Origin: a virus | Taxonomy: Duplodnaviria; Caudoviricetes | Virus record (IMG/VR): IMGVR_UViG_3300028586_000047 | Location: 1-38,327 of that record | Length of the DNA: 38,327 nt | Direction: 5' to 3' (one strand) | Shown here: positions 16,198-24,812 of the stretch, piece by piece | Layout: each line of letters opens with the position of its first letter | How positions within the stretch are numbered: position 1 is the stretch's first letter | Made by a program: the position numbers and the translations under genes | The notes under the pieces: model-generated | Seen by the model: the letters and a program-made list of their open reading frames with translations, nothing else | The model's database searches: none | Told to the model about the DNA's origin: nothing

Positions 16198-16209
16198 GAG
16201 AAAAGCAAC

Positions 16210-16704
16210 ATGAACGACACCCCCATCACCCCGACCCTCGGCCGCATCGTCTGGTATCGCGGCGCCGACGGCGGTACGCGCGCCGCGATCGTGGGCCAGG
16301 TCAACGGCGGCTTCAACCTGAACCTTTTCGTGTTTGGGCGGACGGCGGGTGACCCCGAGCAGGGCTACCAGGCGAACGTGACGCACGCGGATCCGGAGAA
16401 AGAGCCTGGTTGCTTGCCGTCGTGGGACTGGATGCCGTACCAGAAGGACCAGGCGAAGAAGCATGCCGCGCCGCTGGCCGCAGGCGAGCTGTCGCCGCAT
16501 CAGCAACGCGTGGTCGACGAAAGGCGCGACCTCGACGAGAAGCTGGCGAAATTGGAGATGTTCTTTGGCACCACGATCTTTGCTTCCCTGGACGAGACCG
16601 AGAAGTCCCGCCTCGAGCGTCAGGAACGCGCGATGTGCGACTACTCGAACATCCTGCGCGAGCGCATCGCGGCGTTCCAGGCCGCGGCCAGCACCACCGT
16701 CTGA
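16210..16704 (+). CDS. Two-domain phage protein (C-terminus crAss001_48-like)
   Basis: AGGAG RBS; PTLGRIVWY N-domain; HQQRVVDE..DL.EKL.KL..F...Q..AM..YS.IL.ERI. Confidence 0.8.
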   Translation: MNDTPITPTLGRIVWYRGADGGTRAAIVGQVNGGFNLNLFVFGRTAGDPEQGYQANVTHADPEKEPGCLPSWDWMPYQKDQAKKHAAPLAAGELSPHQQRVVDERRDLDEKLAKLEMFFGTTIFASLDETEKSRLERQERAMCDYSNILRERIAAFQAAASTTV

Positions 16705-16755
16705 CCAGCACCACCCTGCCCGGCCGCGCGCCGGCCCCACCACCAGGAGAAGCCA

Positions 16756-17115
16756 ATGTGGCCATTCGACATCGCCAAGAAGCGGCGACAGCGTCAAGAG
16801 CAGGAACGCGCAGCGGCAGAGAACCGCGCAAAGGAAGCGGCCGAGCGTCGCCGTGAGAACGAGCACAACGCGCGCATGGACGCGCTGTACACCTCGGCCA
16901 GGTCGAAGTATGCGCGGGCCGTGCAGGCCCAGCCAGCTTGGCCAGCATTCGCCGGCGGCCAGGTCGACCCGGTGTCGCCGCTCCACCAGGCCAGCACCTG
17001 GTCGGCGCCTGCCGACGATTCGCGCCACTGCAGTGCCGCCAGTAGCGACTCGCACGCCAGCAGCAGCTACAGCTGCTCGAGCGACAGCGGATCGTCGTCC
17101 AGCTCGAGCGACTGA
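16756..17115 (+). CDS. Hypothetical protein with Ser-rich tail
   Basis: AGGAG RBS; MWPF start, SSDSGSSSSSSD end. Confidence 0.75.
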   Translation: MWPFDIAKKRRQRQEQERAAAENRAKEAAERRRENEHNARMDALYTSARSKYARAVQAQPAWPAFAGGQVDPVSPLHQASTWSAPADDSRHCSAASSDSHASSSYSCSSDSGSSSSSSD

Positions 17116-17172
17116 ACGACACCACGCCCGGCCGCGCGCCGGGCCATGACAACGAAAAGGAGAACAAACCGC

Positions 17173-17679
17173 ATGATCACCCTGACTGCAGAGAAGGCGC
17201 GCGAGCTGTTCCGCATTGACCCCAGCACCGGAGCAATTCACTGGGCCGTGGCGCACGGCCGCTGGGAAAACACTCCAGCCGGTGCAATCGCCGGATGCCT
17301 GCGTAAAGGCTATCGCTACATCAACGTCAATGGGCAAAACTGCTTCGGACACCAGATCGCCTGGCTGATCGAGCACGGAGAGTGGCCGCCGACGACGCTC
17401 GACCACATCAACGGAAACCGCGACGACAACCGTCCGGGCAACCTGCGCATGGCTACTGCCGCCGAGAACAACCAGAACCAGCACGGCCTACCGTCGCACA
17501 ACACCAGTGGGGAGCGCGGTGTGTCGTGGGATGCGGATCGCAAGAAGTGGACAGCGCATATCAGCGTGGGCGGCAGGGCTAAGAATCTCGGCCGGTTCGA
17601 CTCGAAGGAGTTGGCCGCGACCGCATACCGCGACGCCAAGCGCGCTCACCACCCACGCAGCCAGGAGGCATGCCAATGA
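17173..17679 (+). CDS. HNH homing endonuclease with AP2-like domain
   Basis: LDHINGNRDDNRPGNLR..T..EN..N, NTSG.RGVSW, LGRF....AA.AY. Confidence 0.92.
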   Translation: MITLTAEKARELFRIDPSTGAIHWAVAHGRWENTPAGAIAGCLRKGYRYINVNGQNCFGHQIAWLIEHGEWPPTTLDHINGNRDDNRPGNLRMATAAENNQNQHGLPSHNTSGERGVSWDADRKKWTAHISVGGRAKNLGRFDSKELAATAYRDAKRAHHPRSQEACQ

Positions 17680-18146
17680 TCCGCCTCGTTCTCCCCTACC
17701 CGATCAGCGCAAACCGCTACTGGGCCACACGCACGATCCCCGGTAAAGGCCCGCGCAAGGCCATGGCGATGACCTACGTGACGCCTGAGGCAAAGGCGTA
17801 CAAGACGCTGGTCGAGGCGACGTGCCGCGCTGCCGGCATCCGGGCGCCGCTCGCTGGCCGCGTTCGCATCGACGTGCTGCTGTTCCCGCACCGCCCGCTC
17901 GACTGGAAGACGCGCCAGCGCAAGCTCGGCGCCGCCTGGGACGACGGTGTGCAGTGCTTGGACCTGGACAACGCGAACAAGGTGCTGCTCGACGCGCTCA
18001 AGGACGTGGCGATCGAGGACGACAAGTGGGTGCGCCGGCTAACCAGCGAACGCATGGAGCCGGACGGCGAAGCGCGCGTCGTGGTGACGATCACGGCCAT
18101 GCCGGTCGTGCAGCTGCAGGCGGATCTGCTTGGAGTGGCAGCGTGA
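17676..18146 (+). CDS. rusA: RusA Holliday junction resolvase
   Basis: LPYPISANRYW, DLDNANKVLLDAL, EDDKWV. Confidence 0.93.
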   Translation: MIRLVLPYPISANRYWATRTIPGKGPRKAMAMTYVTPEAKAYKTLVEATCRAAGIRAPLAGRVRIDVLLFPHRPLDWKTRQRKLGAAWDDGVQCLDLDNANKVLLDALKDVAIEDDKWVRRLTSERMEPDGEARVVVTITAMPVVQLQADLLGVAA

Positions 18147-18325
18147 ACACGACCATGTCTGAAAAGTCCGATGTCGAGCTGGCCGCCGACGCGCGCATGA
18201 TCGTCGCCGCGCTTGCCAGGATCCGCACCGAGGCCCATCGACGTGGCATCGAGATCGATCTGTTGACCTGGTCGGAAGGGAAGGTCGAGGTGCAGATCGA
18301 GCGTGTGCGAAGGGAGAAGCTTTGA
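18143..18325 (+). CDS. Hypothetical protein, 60 aa
   Basis: GTG overlaps the rusA stop; GGAG RBS. Confidence 0.6.
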   Translation: MNTTMSEKSDVELAADARMIVAALARIRTEAHRRGIEIDLLTWSEGKVEVQIERVRREKL

Positions 18326-18344
18326 TTTAGCGTAGCAGTGTCAA

Positions 18345-18370
18345 CTCGCGCTTGATGGAGCAAGCGCGAG
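18345..18370. terminator. Hairpin between convergent genes
   Basis: CTCGCGCTTG-ATGGAG-CAAGCGCGAG, 10-bp stem; no clear U-tract. Confidence 0.45.
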
Positions 18371-18406
18371 CGAGTGCTCTTCGTATTGAGGAAAAGACGA
18401 AAATGG

Positions 18407-19111
18407 TTAGGACTCAGTGGTTTCAGTCTCGCTATCTAAATCATCATCATTTTCCACGACTGGGAAACCGTTGATCTTGGCTTCAATAATGTTTTCAGTG
18501 TGAATGATATTCTGAATCACTTGAACGTTATTAATTATTGCTCTCTCTATCCGTCTGGGTCTACCAGATTGCGCCTTGCTTGACCCGGCCTTCATGGCTT
18601 TTTGAATTGCATCTGTTTTTGCCTTCATATTGGCTACTTCAGCAGCGAGGAGATCACCTCTCAGATTTTCGGTACGCGTTTGAGCAATCTGGTGCTGGCT
18701 CTCCAAATGTTTCTTGTACACCGCCTGTGAGTACCCTGCCCCAAGAAGCAAAACACCGACTGCAACTGCAGCCGCACCCCAGCTAGCAGGCAAATCTACT
18801 TCAGTTTCCGCACCGGTGGTGGTTACAACGGGAAAACGCCCGTGACCCGTGAACTTAAAAGTGATTGAATTACCAGTGCGAGCAAAGTCTAGACATAGTT
18901 CAGAATCAAGAGCATTGACCCAATCTTCGTTGTCCAGCCCATAATCGTACCGTGGATAAAAGTCAACGTCGTAATACTGGATCGGGAAATCTGGATCACG
19001 CAATAAAGCATAGATATTCGAAAGGCCGCGCATAATAATTGCGACCTGACGGGCTGGTAATGTATGGAAATTAATATATAGCTCAAGCGGAGCAGATTCG
19101 TTTTCGACCAT
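18407..19111 (-). CDS. AT-rich moron, predicted single-pass membrane protein
   Basis: 234-aa ORF opposite to flanking genes; hydrophobic WGAAAVAVGVLLLGAGY followed by a coiled-coil-like stretch. Confidence 0.8.
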   Translation of the reverse strand: MVENESAPLELYINFHTLPARQVAIIMRGLSNIYALLRDPDFPIQYYDVDFYPRYDYGLDNEDWVNALDSELCLDFARTGNSITFKFTGHGRFPVVTTTGAETEVDLPASWGAAAVAVGVLLLGAGYSQAVYKKHLESQHQIAQTRTENLRGDLLAAEVANMKAKTDAIQKAMKAGSSKAQSGRPRRIERAIINNVQVIQNIIHTENIIEAKINGFPVVENDDDLDSETETTES

Positions 19112-19237
19112 GCTGGTTGGTAAACGCCATAAGTTGATGGAATTGCAATTTTAACCCGGTCGATTTTTTGGTTGTAAATTTTCCCGATAGTAATTTCTGA
19201 TCTTTCCCGCCATGTTGATAGGTGGCATCATTACGCA

Positions 19238-19681
19238 ATGACTGCCACCACCTACACCCCCGAGCTTGCCGCCAAGTTCTGCGCCGCTGTCGCCGACGGC
19301 GGCTCGCTGCGTTCCGTCTGCACGCGCGCCGGCATGCCCAGCAAGGCGACCGTGTTTCGCTGGCTGGGCGAGCATCCTGACTTCGTGACCATGTACGAAA
19401 AGGCAACGGATGAACGTGCCGACGCGATGATCGACGAGATCGTGGACATCGCCGACAACTGCAAGGTCGACAAGGACTCGATCCGCAAGGCGAAGCTGCG
19501 CATCGACACGCGCGTCGAGCAGGCCCAGCGCATGAAGCCGCGCAAGTACGGCCGGCAGCTGCAGCTCACCGGTGAAGGCGGTGGCGCCGTGCCGGTCAAA
19601 GCCACACTGGACGTGGCCGGCATGCCCACCGAGGTACTGGCCGCGATCATGAAGGCACGCGATGCAACTGAGCCACGCTGA
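19238..19681 (+). CDS. terS: Terminase small subunit (Sf6 gp1-like)
   Basis: YTPELA..FC..VADG.SLR.VC...GMP...TVFRWL..HPDF...Y; P.KYG. Confidence 0.92.
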   Translation: MTATTYTPELAAKFCAAVADGGSLRSVCTRAGMPSKATVFRWLGEHPDFVTMYEKATDERADAMIDEIVDIADNCKVDKDSIRKAKLRIDTRVEQAQRMKPRKYGRQLQLTGEGGGAVPVKATLDVAGMPTEVLAAIMKARDATEPR

Positions 19682-21125
19682 CCTGCTGGCGGTCGAGCGC
19701 GAGCTGTGTAAGCGCTCCCTGGCCACCTTCGCGCAGCGCGCCTGGCACGTGCTCGAGCCGGCCGCCGAGCTGAAGTGGGGTTGGGCGCTTGACGCCATCT
19801 GCCAGCACCTGGAGGCCGTGACGCACGGCGAGATCCTGCGCCTGCTGATGAACGTGCCGCCCGGGTCGATGAAGTCGTTGCTGACCGGTGTGATCTGGCC
19901 GGCCTGGGAGTGGGGTCCGCAGGGCATGCCCGAAATGCGCTTCGTCGGCACCGCGCACGAGGAGACGCTGGCCATCCGCGACAACCGCAAGTGCCGCGAC
20001 CTGATCACGTCCGAATGGTACCAGGAGCGCTGGCCGATCGACATGGCCGCCGACCTGAACGGCAAGCGCGAGTTCGGCAACACGAAGAAGGGCTTCCGCC
20101 AGGCGCGCGCGTTCACATCGATGACCGGCGTGCGCGGCGATCGCGTCATCCTGGACGACCCGATCAGCGCCGACAAAGCGAACTCGCCGGCGGCGCTGGA
20201 AGAAGCGCGCCTTGCCTTCACCGAGACGCTGCCGACCCGGGTCAACAACGACAAGTCGGCCATCGTGGTGGTGATGCAGCGCCTGAACGAGAAGGACGTG
20301 TCGGGCGTGATCCAAGACATGGCGCTGCCCTACACGCACCTGTGCATCCCGATGCGCTTCGAGCCGGCGCGCCGCTGCACGACGTCGATCGGCTGGACGG
20401 ATCCGCGCACGAAAGAAGGCGAGCTGATGTTCCCCGAGCGGTTCGGTGAGCAGCAGGTGGCCGAGCTCGAAAAGGTGCTGGGCTCATACGGCGCCGCCGG
20501 CCAGCTGCAGCAGCGTCCGGCGCCGCGTGGCGGCGGCATCCTGAAGGAAGCGTGGTTCAACTACTACACCGCCCTGCCCGCTCTGGAGTTCCGCACCATT
20601 CACGCCGACACGGCGCAGAAGACCGGCGAGGAGAACGACTACAGCGTGTTCCAGTGCTGGGGGCGGTCGAGCGTTGGCCAGGCCGTGCTGATCGACCAGA
20701 TCCGCGGGAAGTGGGAAGCGCCCGAGCTGCTGGTGCACGCCCGGGCGTTCTGGCACAAGCACAAGGCAATAGCCGGTTCGCCGCTGCGCGCCATGATGGT
20801 CGAGGACAAGGTGAGCGGTACCGGTCTGATCCAGACGCTGCGCCGCGAGGGCGTGGCCATCGTGCCGGTGCAGCGCAACAAGGACAAGCTGTCGCGTGGC
20901 TACGACGCGGCGCCGTTCATCGAGAGCGGGAACGTGCTGCTGCCGCAGGATGCGCCGTGGCTGTCCGACCTGTTGGCCGAGGCCTCGACGTTCCCTGGTG
21001 GTGCACACGACGACCAACTGGATCCGATGTTCGACGCGATCGGGAATGTGCAGGTGGCGCCGGCGCAGCGGCAGCAGTCGAGAGCGCCTATTCCGGTGGC
21101 GTCTCCGTTTCGGCGGCGATCCTAG
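19662..21125 (+). CDS. terL: Terminase large subunit
   Basis: NVPPGSMKS Walker A, VILDDP Walker B, MQR, C-terminal nuclease FP.GAHDDQLD. Confidence 0.95.
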   Translation: MQLSHADLLAVERELCKRSLATFAQRAWHVLEPAAELKWGWALDAICQHLEAVTHGEILRLLMNVPPGSMKSLLTGVIWPAWEWGPQGMPEMRFVGTAHEETLAIRDNRKCRDLITSEWYQERWPIDMAADLNGKREFGNTKKGFRQARAFTSMTGVRGDRVILDDPISADKANSPAALEEARLAFTETLPTRVNNDKSAIVVVMQRLNEKDVSGVIQDMALPYTHLCIPMRFEPARRCTTSIGWTDPRTKEGELMFPERFGEQQVAELEKVLGSYGAAGQLQQRPAPRGGGILKEAWFNYYTALPALEFRTIHADTAQKTGEENDYSVFQCWGRSSVGQAVLIDQIRGKWEAPELLVHARAFWHKHKAIAGSPLRAMMVEDKVSGTGLIQTLRREGVAIVPVQRNKDKLSRGYDAAPFIESGNVLLPQDAPWLSDLLAEASTFPGGAHDDQLDPMFDAIGNVQVAPAQRQQSRAPIPVASPFRRRS

Positions 21126-21363
21126 CATCGAGCTCTGCGTCAATTCGAAATTCGCGAATCTGCGCAGCGATCCATGCAAGCTCCTCGTAGGCGGGTTTGA
21201 TAAATTTACCCATCGTATTTTCTTTCTCCCATTGATCCACCAGTGTTTTTCCTGAGACGCCATGGTGGGCGACAGAGTCCAAATAACTTTTTCTCTGCGC
21301 TGCCCAAATTTCTCCAACACGTTTGCGAACCGCAGCGGCAACTAGTATTTCTTGATAGTCCAT
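21088..21363 (-). CDS. Small antisense moron, 91 aa
   Basis: ORF MDYQEILV... spans the AT-rich gap between terL and portal. Confidence 0.6.
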   Translation of the reverse strand: MDYQEILVAAAVRKRVGEIWAAQRKSYLDSVAHHGVSGKTLVDQWEKENTMGKFIKPAYEELAWIAAQIREFRIDAELDARIAAETETPPE

Positions 21364-21455
21364 GTCTAATCCATATGATTTTGGAAACAAGAGCCTACCG
21401 TAAACCGCTGAGCCAAAGTCGCCACAACGCGACAATCTATTTCCCCGAGACATTT

Positions 21456-21472
21456 GATAGATGTAGACTATC
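21456..21472. promoter_or_regulatory. Palindrome GATAG-N7-CTATC upstream of portal
   Basis: GATAGATGTAGACTATC; the same motif occurs at 23637 and 30383. Confidence 0.6.
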
Positions 21473-21501
21473 GGAAATTTCCTCTCCGAAAGACTGCGCC
21501 T

Positions 21502-23610
21502 ATGAGCCGCCCCACCACCGAGCAGCGCCTCGCCGCCAAGCACCGCTTCTTCCGCACCGACTTCGACAAAATCCAGTCAGCCGTGCGCGACGTGCGCATC
21601 CAGTGCTTGAGCGATCGCCGCTTCTACTCGATCCCGGGCGCCCAGTGGGAAGGCCCGGTCGGCGACCAGTTCGAGAACAAGCCGCGCTTCGAGTTCAACA
21701 AGACCCACCTGGCCGTGCTGCGCGTGGTGAACGAGTACCGCAACAACCGCATCACGGTCGACTTTGTGCCGAAGGACGGCACCGACGCCGACGAGCTGGC
21801 CGATACCTGCGATGGCTTGTACCGAGCCGACGAGCAGGACAGCGGCGCCCAGGAGGCCTACGACAACTGCTTCGAAGAAGGCACCAGCGGCGGCATGGGC
21901 GCGTTCCGCTTCCGCGCGCGCTACGAGGATGAGGACGACGACGAAGACGACCGCCAGCGCATCGCCATCGAGCCGATCTACGAGGCCGACACCTGCGTGT
22001 TCTTCAGCCTGGACGGCAAGCGCTACGATAAAGCGGACGCGAAGCGCTGCTACGTCCTCAGTGCCATGTCGCCGGCGGACTATGCGGACGAATACGACGA
22101 CGACCCGGCCAGTTGGCCGAAGGACATCAACCAGGCCGAGTATGACTGGTGCACGCCCGATGTGATCTGGGTGGCCGAGGTCTACGAGATCGAGGAAAAG
22201 TCCGAGCTGGTGCATTTCTTCCGTGGCATCGCCCTGGACGACAGCGAGCCGAACGAACTGCAGCTGACCGTCGAGGAACTGGCCGAGCCGGGCAAGCTGG
22301 AAGAGCTCACCGCCACCGGCTTCCGCCAGGTGCGCACCAAGCGCCGCAAGGTCAAGCGCGTCCACAAGTACCTCATGAACGGCGCGCGCATCCTGTCGGA
22401 TGAGGGCTACATCGCCGGCAATTGCATCCCGATCGTGCCGTTCTACGGCAAGCGCTGGTTCGTCGACGGCGTGGAGCGCTGCCAGGGTCACGTGCGCCTG
22501 GCGCGTGACGCCCAGGTACTGGACAACATGATCAAGTCCTGGTTGGCCGAGATGGCCAGCCGCTTCGACATCGAGAAACCGATCCTGACGCCCGAGCAGA
22601 TCGAGGGGCACGCGCAGATGTGGGCCGACGACGCGGTGGCGAAATATCCCTACCTGCTTGTCAACCCGGTCACTGACCCGCTCACGCAGCAGCAGATGAT
22701 CGCCCCGATCGCCTACACCAAGGCGCCGAACATGCCGCCAGCAATGGCCGCGCTCGCGCAGCTGGCCGCCACCGCGCTCGAGGATATGCTGGGCAACCAG
22801 CAGGCCGGCGAGCAGCTGCAGCCGAACCAGTCGGGCAAGGCCGTCGAGCTGATCCAGAACCGCCTGGACATGCAGGTGTTCATCTACATCGACAACTTCA
22901 AGAAGACCATCAAGCGCGGCGGCGAGATCTGGCAATCCATGGCCAAGGATCTGCTGGTCGAGGCCGGCCGCAAGATGAAGACGATCGACCAAGCCGACCA
23001 GGCCGGCACCGTCGAGCTGATGAAGCCGATGATCGACAAGGAAACCGGTCGCACCTACCTGGCCAACGACCTGGCGCGCGCCAAGTTCGACGTGGTGCCG
23101 GACGTGGGGCCCAGCTCGAACAGCCGGCGCGCCGCCACCGTGCGCGCGCTCACCGGCGTGCTGGGCATGACGGCCGACCCCGAGACGCAATCGGTCCTTA
23201 CGTCGATGATCATGATGAACATGGAGGGCGAAGGCATGGGCGAGATCCGCGCCTACTACCGCAACAAGCTGGTACGTATGGGCGTCATCGCCCCGAGCGA
23301 GGAAGAGAAGCAGCAGATGGATGCCGAGGCCCAGAACCAGGCGCCGGATCCGAACGCCGAATACCTGCAAGCTGCTGCCGGCAAGGCGAAGGCCGATGAA
23401 GCGCTGGCCGTGGCCCGCGTGGGCGAGACGCATGCGAAGACCGTGGCGACGATGGCCAAGGTGCACGGCGATATCCAGGCTGGCGCCATCGCGCTGGCCG
23501 ATGCGCTAACGCCCGGGCCGATCACGGATGCGCCGCCGGCGCCGGCGGAACTGGGCATGCTGGCCGCGCCAGCACAGCCAGAAATGGGCGCAGGCGCAAC
23601 GCTTCCATAA
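21502..23610 (+). CDS. Portal protein, P22 gp1-like
   Basis: About 700 aa after terL; PGAQW, N..R.NR..V.F.P, IPIVPFYGKR, SGKAV...Q.R.D. Confidence 0.92.
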   Translation: MSRPTTEQRLAAKHRFFRTDFDKIQSAVRDVRIQCLSDRRFYSIPGAQWEGPVGDQFENKPRFEFNKTHLAVLRVVNEYRNNRITVDFVPKDGTDADELADTCDGLYRADEQDSGAQEAYDNCFEEGTSGGMGAFRFRARYEDEDDDEDDRQRIAIEPIYEADTCVFFSLDGKRYDKADAKRCYVLSAMSPADYADEYDDDPASWPKDINQAEYDWCTPDVIWVAEVYEIEEKSELVHFFRGIALDDSEPNELQLTVEELAEPGKLEELTATGFRQVRTKRRKVKRVHKYLMNGARILSDEGYIAGNCIPIVPFYGKRWFVDGVERCQGHVRLARDAQVLDNMIKSWLAEMASRFDIEKPILTPEQIEGHAQMWADDAVAKYPYLLVNPVTDPLTQQQMIAPIAYTKAPNMPPAMAALAQLAATALEDMLGNQQAGEQLQPNQSGKAVELIQNRLDMQVFIYIDNFKKTIKRGGEIWQSMAKDLLVEAGRKMKTIDQADQAGTVELMKPMIDKETGRTYLANDLARAKFDVVPDVGPSSNSRRAATVRALTGVLGMTADPETQSVLTSMIMMNMEGEGMGEIRAYYRNKLVRMGVIAPSEEEKQQMDAEAQNQAPDPNAEYLQAAAGKAKADEALAVARVGETHAKTVATMAKVHGDIQAGAIALADALTPGPITDAPPAPAELGMLAAPAQPEMGAGATLP

Positions 23611-23626
23611 ATTCCGCCAATCAATG

Positions 23627-23655
23627 TTGCACTCACGATAGTTTCCATCTATCAT
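23627..23655 (+). promoter_or_regulatory. Sigma70-like promoter for scaffold-coat with embedded GATAG-N7-CTATC
   Basis: TTGCAC-17-TATCAT; palindrome at 23637-23653. Confidence 0.65.
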
Positions 23656-23707
23656 TTTGCTCATTGGCATCCACCGGGCCTATCGGTGAGCAAAATTGAA
23701 AGATCCC

Positions 23708-24652
23708 ATGCATAAAAGCTGGATGTGGCAACAGCGCTCCTACCGCGAGCAGCACCAAGGCAGTGAAAGCTTCGGCGGCGCCGGCGGCACCGCTGTTGTC
23801 GATCAGGACCAGGACGACCAGCAGGCAGCAGACGAGATGTCCGGCGCCGATGATCTGGTCGATGTCCCGTCCGACCAGGTCGCAGAAGCCGACGATGGCG
23901 AAGTCGTCATCACCATCGGCGACGAAGCCCCACCTGTAGCCAACGACGAGAGCATGGACGGTCGTCCTGCCCCTCAATGGCTGAAAGACCTGCGCAAGCG
24001 CGAGCGCGAGCAAGCCAAGCGCATCCGCGAGTTCGAGCAGGCCGAGGCCGCACGCCAGACCGCCGCAGCACCAGCAGCACCGGCAGTCGGCGAGAAGCCG
24101 ACGCCGGAACAGTTCGATTTCGATTCCGAGGCTTACGGCGAAGCCCTGATTGCCTGGAACGAGCGCAAGCGCGCTGCTGACACCCAGGCCGCAGCCGCGC
24201 AAGCCGAGCAGGAAGCTGCCCAGGCTGCGTGGAATGAGCGCGTGACCAGCTACAACAACGCCAAGGCATCGCTGAAGGTCGACGACTTCGACGGCGCTGA
24301 GCACGTGGTCCGCGAGACCATGAGCCCGGTGCAGCAGTCCGTCATCCTGAACGGCGCCGACAAGCCCGAACTGCTGGTGTATGCCCTGGGCCGCAACCCG
24401 GCCAAGGCCAAGGAACTGGCGGCCATCAAGGACCCGGTGAAGTTCGCCTTCGCCGTCGCCAAACTGGAGAGCCAATTGAAGGTTGCACCCCGCAAAGCAC
24501 CACCAGCACCAGAGCGCCAAGTACGCGGCACTGCCGGCGGCGCCACCAGCGTCGACAACCAACTGGCGCGCCTACAGGCCCAAGCCGACAAGACCGGTGA
24601 CCGCTCGGCAGTTGCCGCGTACATGCGCAAGCAGAAGCAAGCCGCAGCGTAA
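23708..24652 (+). CDS. Scaffolding protein, P22 gp8-like
   Basis: Acidic, helical, between portal and coat; C-terminal LARLQAQADKTGDRSAVAAYMRKQK coat-binding-like motif. Confidence 0.88.
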   Translation: MHKSWMWQQRSYREQHQGSESFGGAGGTAVVDQDQDDQQAADEMSGADDLVDVPSDQVAEADDGEVVITIGDEAPPVANDESMDGRPAPQWLKDLRKREREQAKRIREFEQAEAARQTAAAPAAPAVGEKPTPEQFDFDSEAYGEALIAWNERKRAADTQAAAAQAEQEAAQAAWNERVTSYNNAKASLKVDDFDGAEHVVRETMSPVQQSVILNGADKPELLVYALGRNPAKAKELAAIKDPVKFAFAVAKLESQLKVAPRKAPPAPERQVRGTAGGATSVDNQLARLQAQADKTGDRSAVAAYMRKQKQAAA

Positions 24653-24812
24653 AGCTGCCGTGAGGGGTCCGCGTCAGACGACCCCACCAGGATTCGCCCA
24701 CCCAAGGGCAGGCAGCAGTACCCCAGTGGCCCCCGTCCGGCCGAAAACGGATGAGTGATGCAACAAGCGGCATTGGCCGCAATTCTCTCAACCGCTTTTA
24801 CTGGAGGCCACT

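Noticed and set aside
15883-17484. 533-aa minus-strand ORF
   Set aside because: Shadow of several well-formed plus-strand genes
21577-23466. 629-aa minus-strand ORF (likewise 24798-26219, 32135-33808, 34881-36608)
   Set aside because: Antisense shadows of the portal, coat, ejection and tailspike genes
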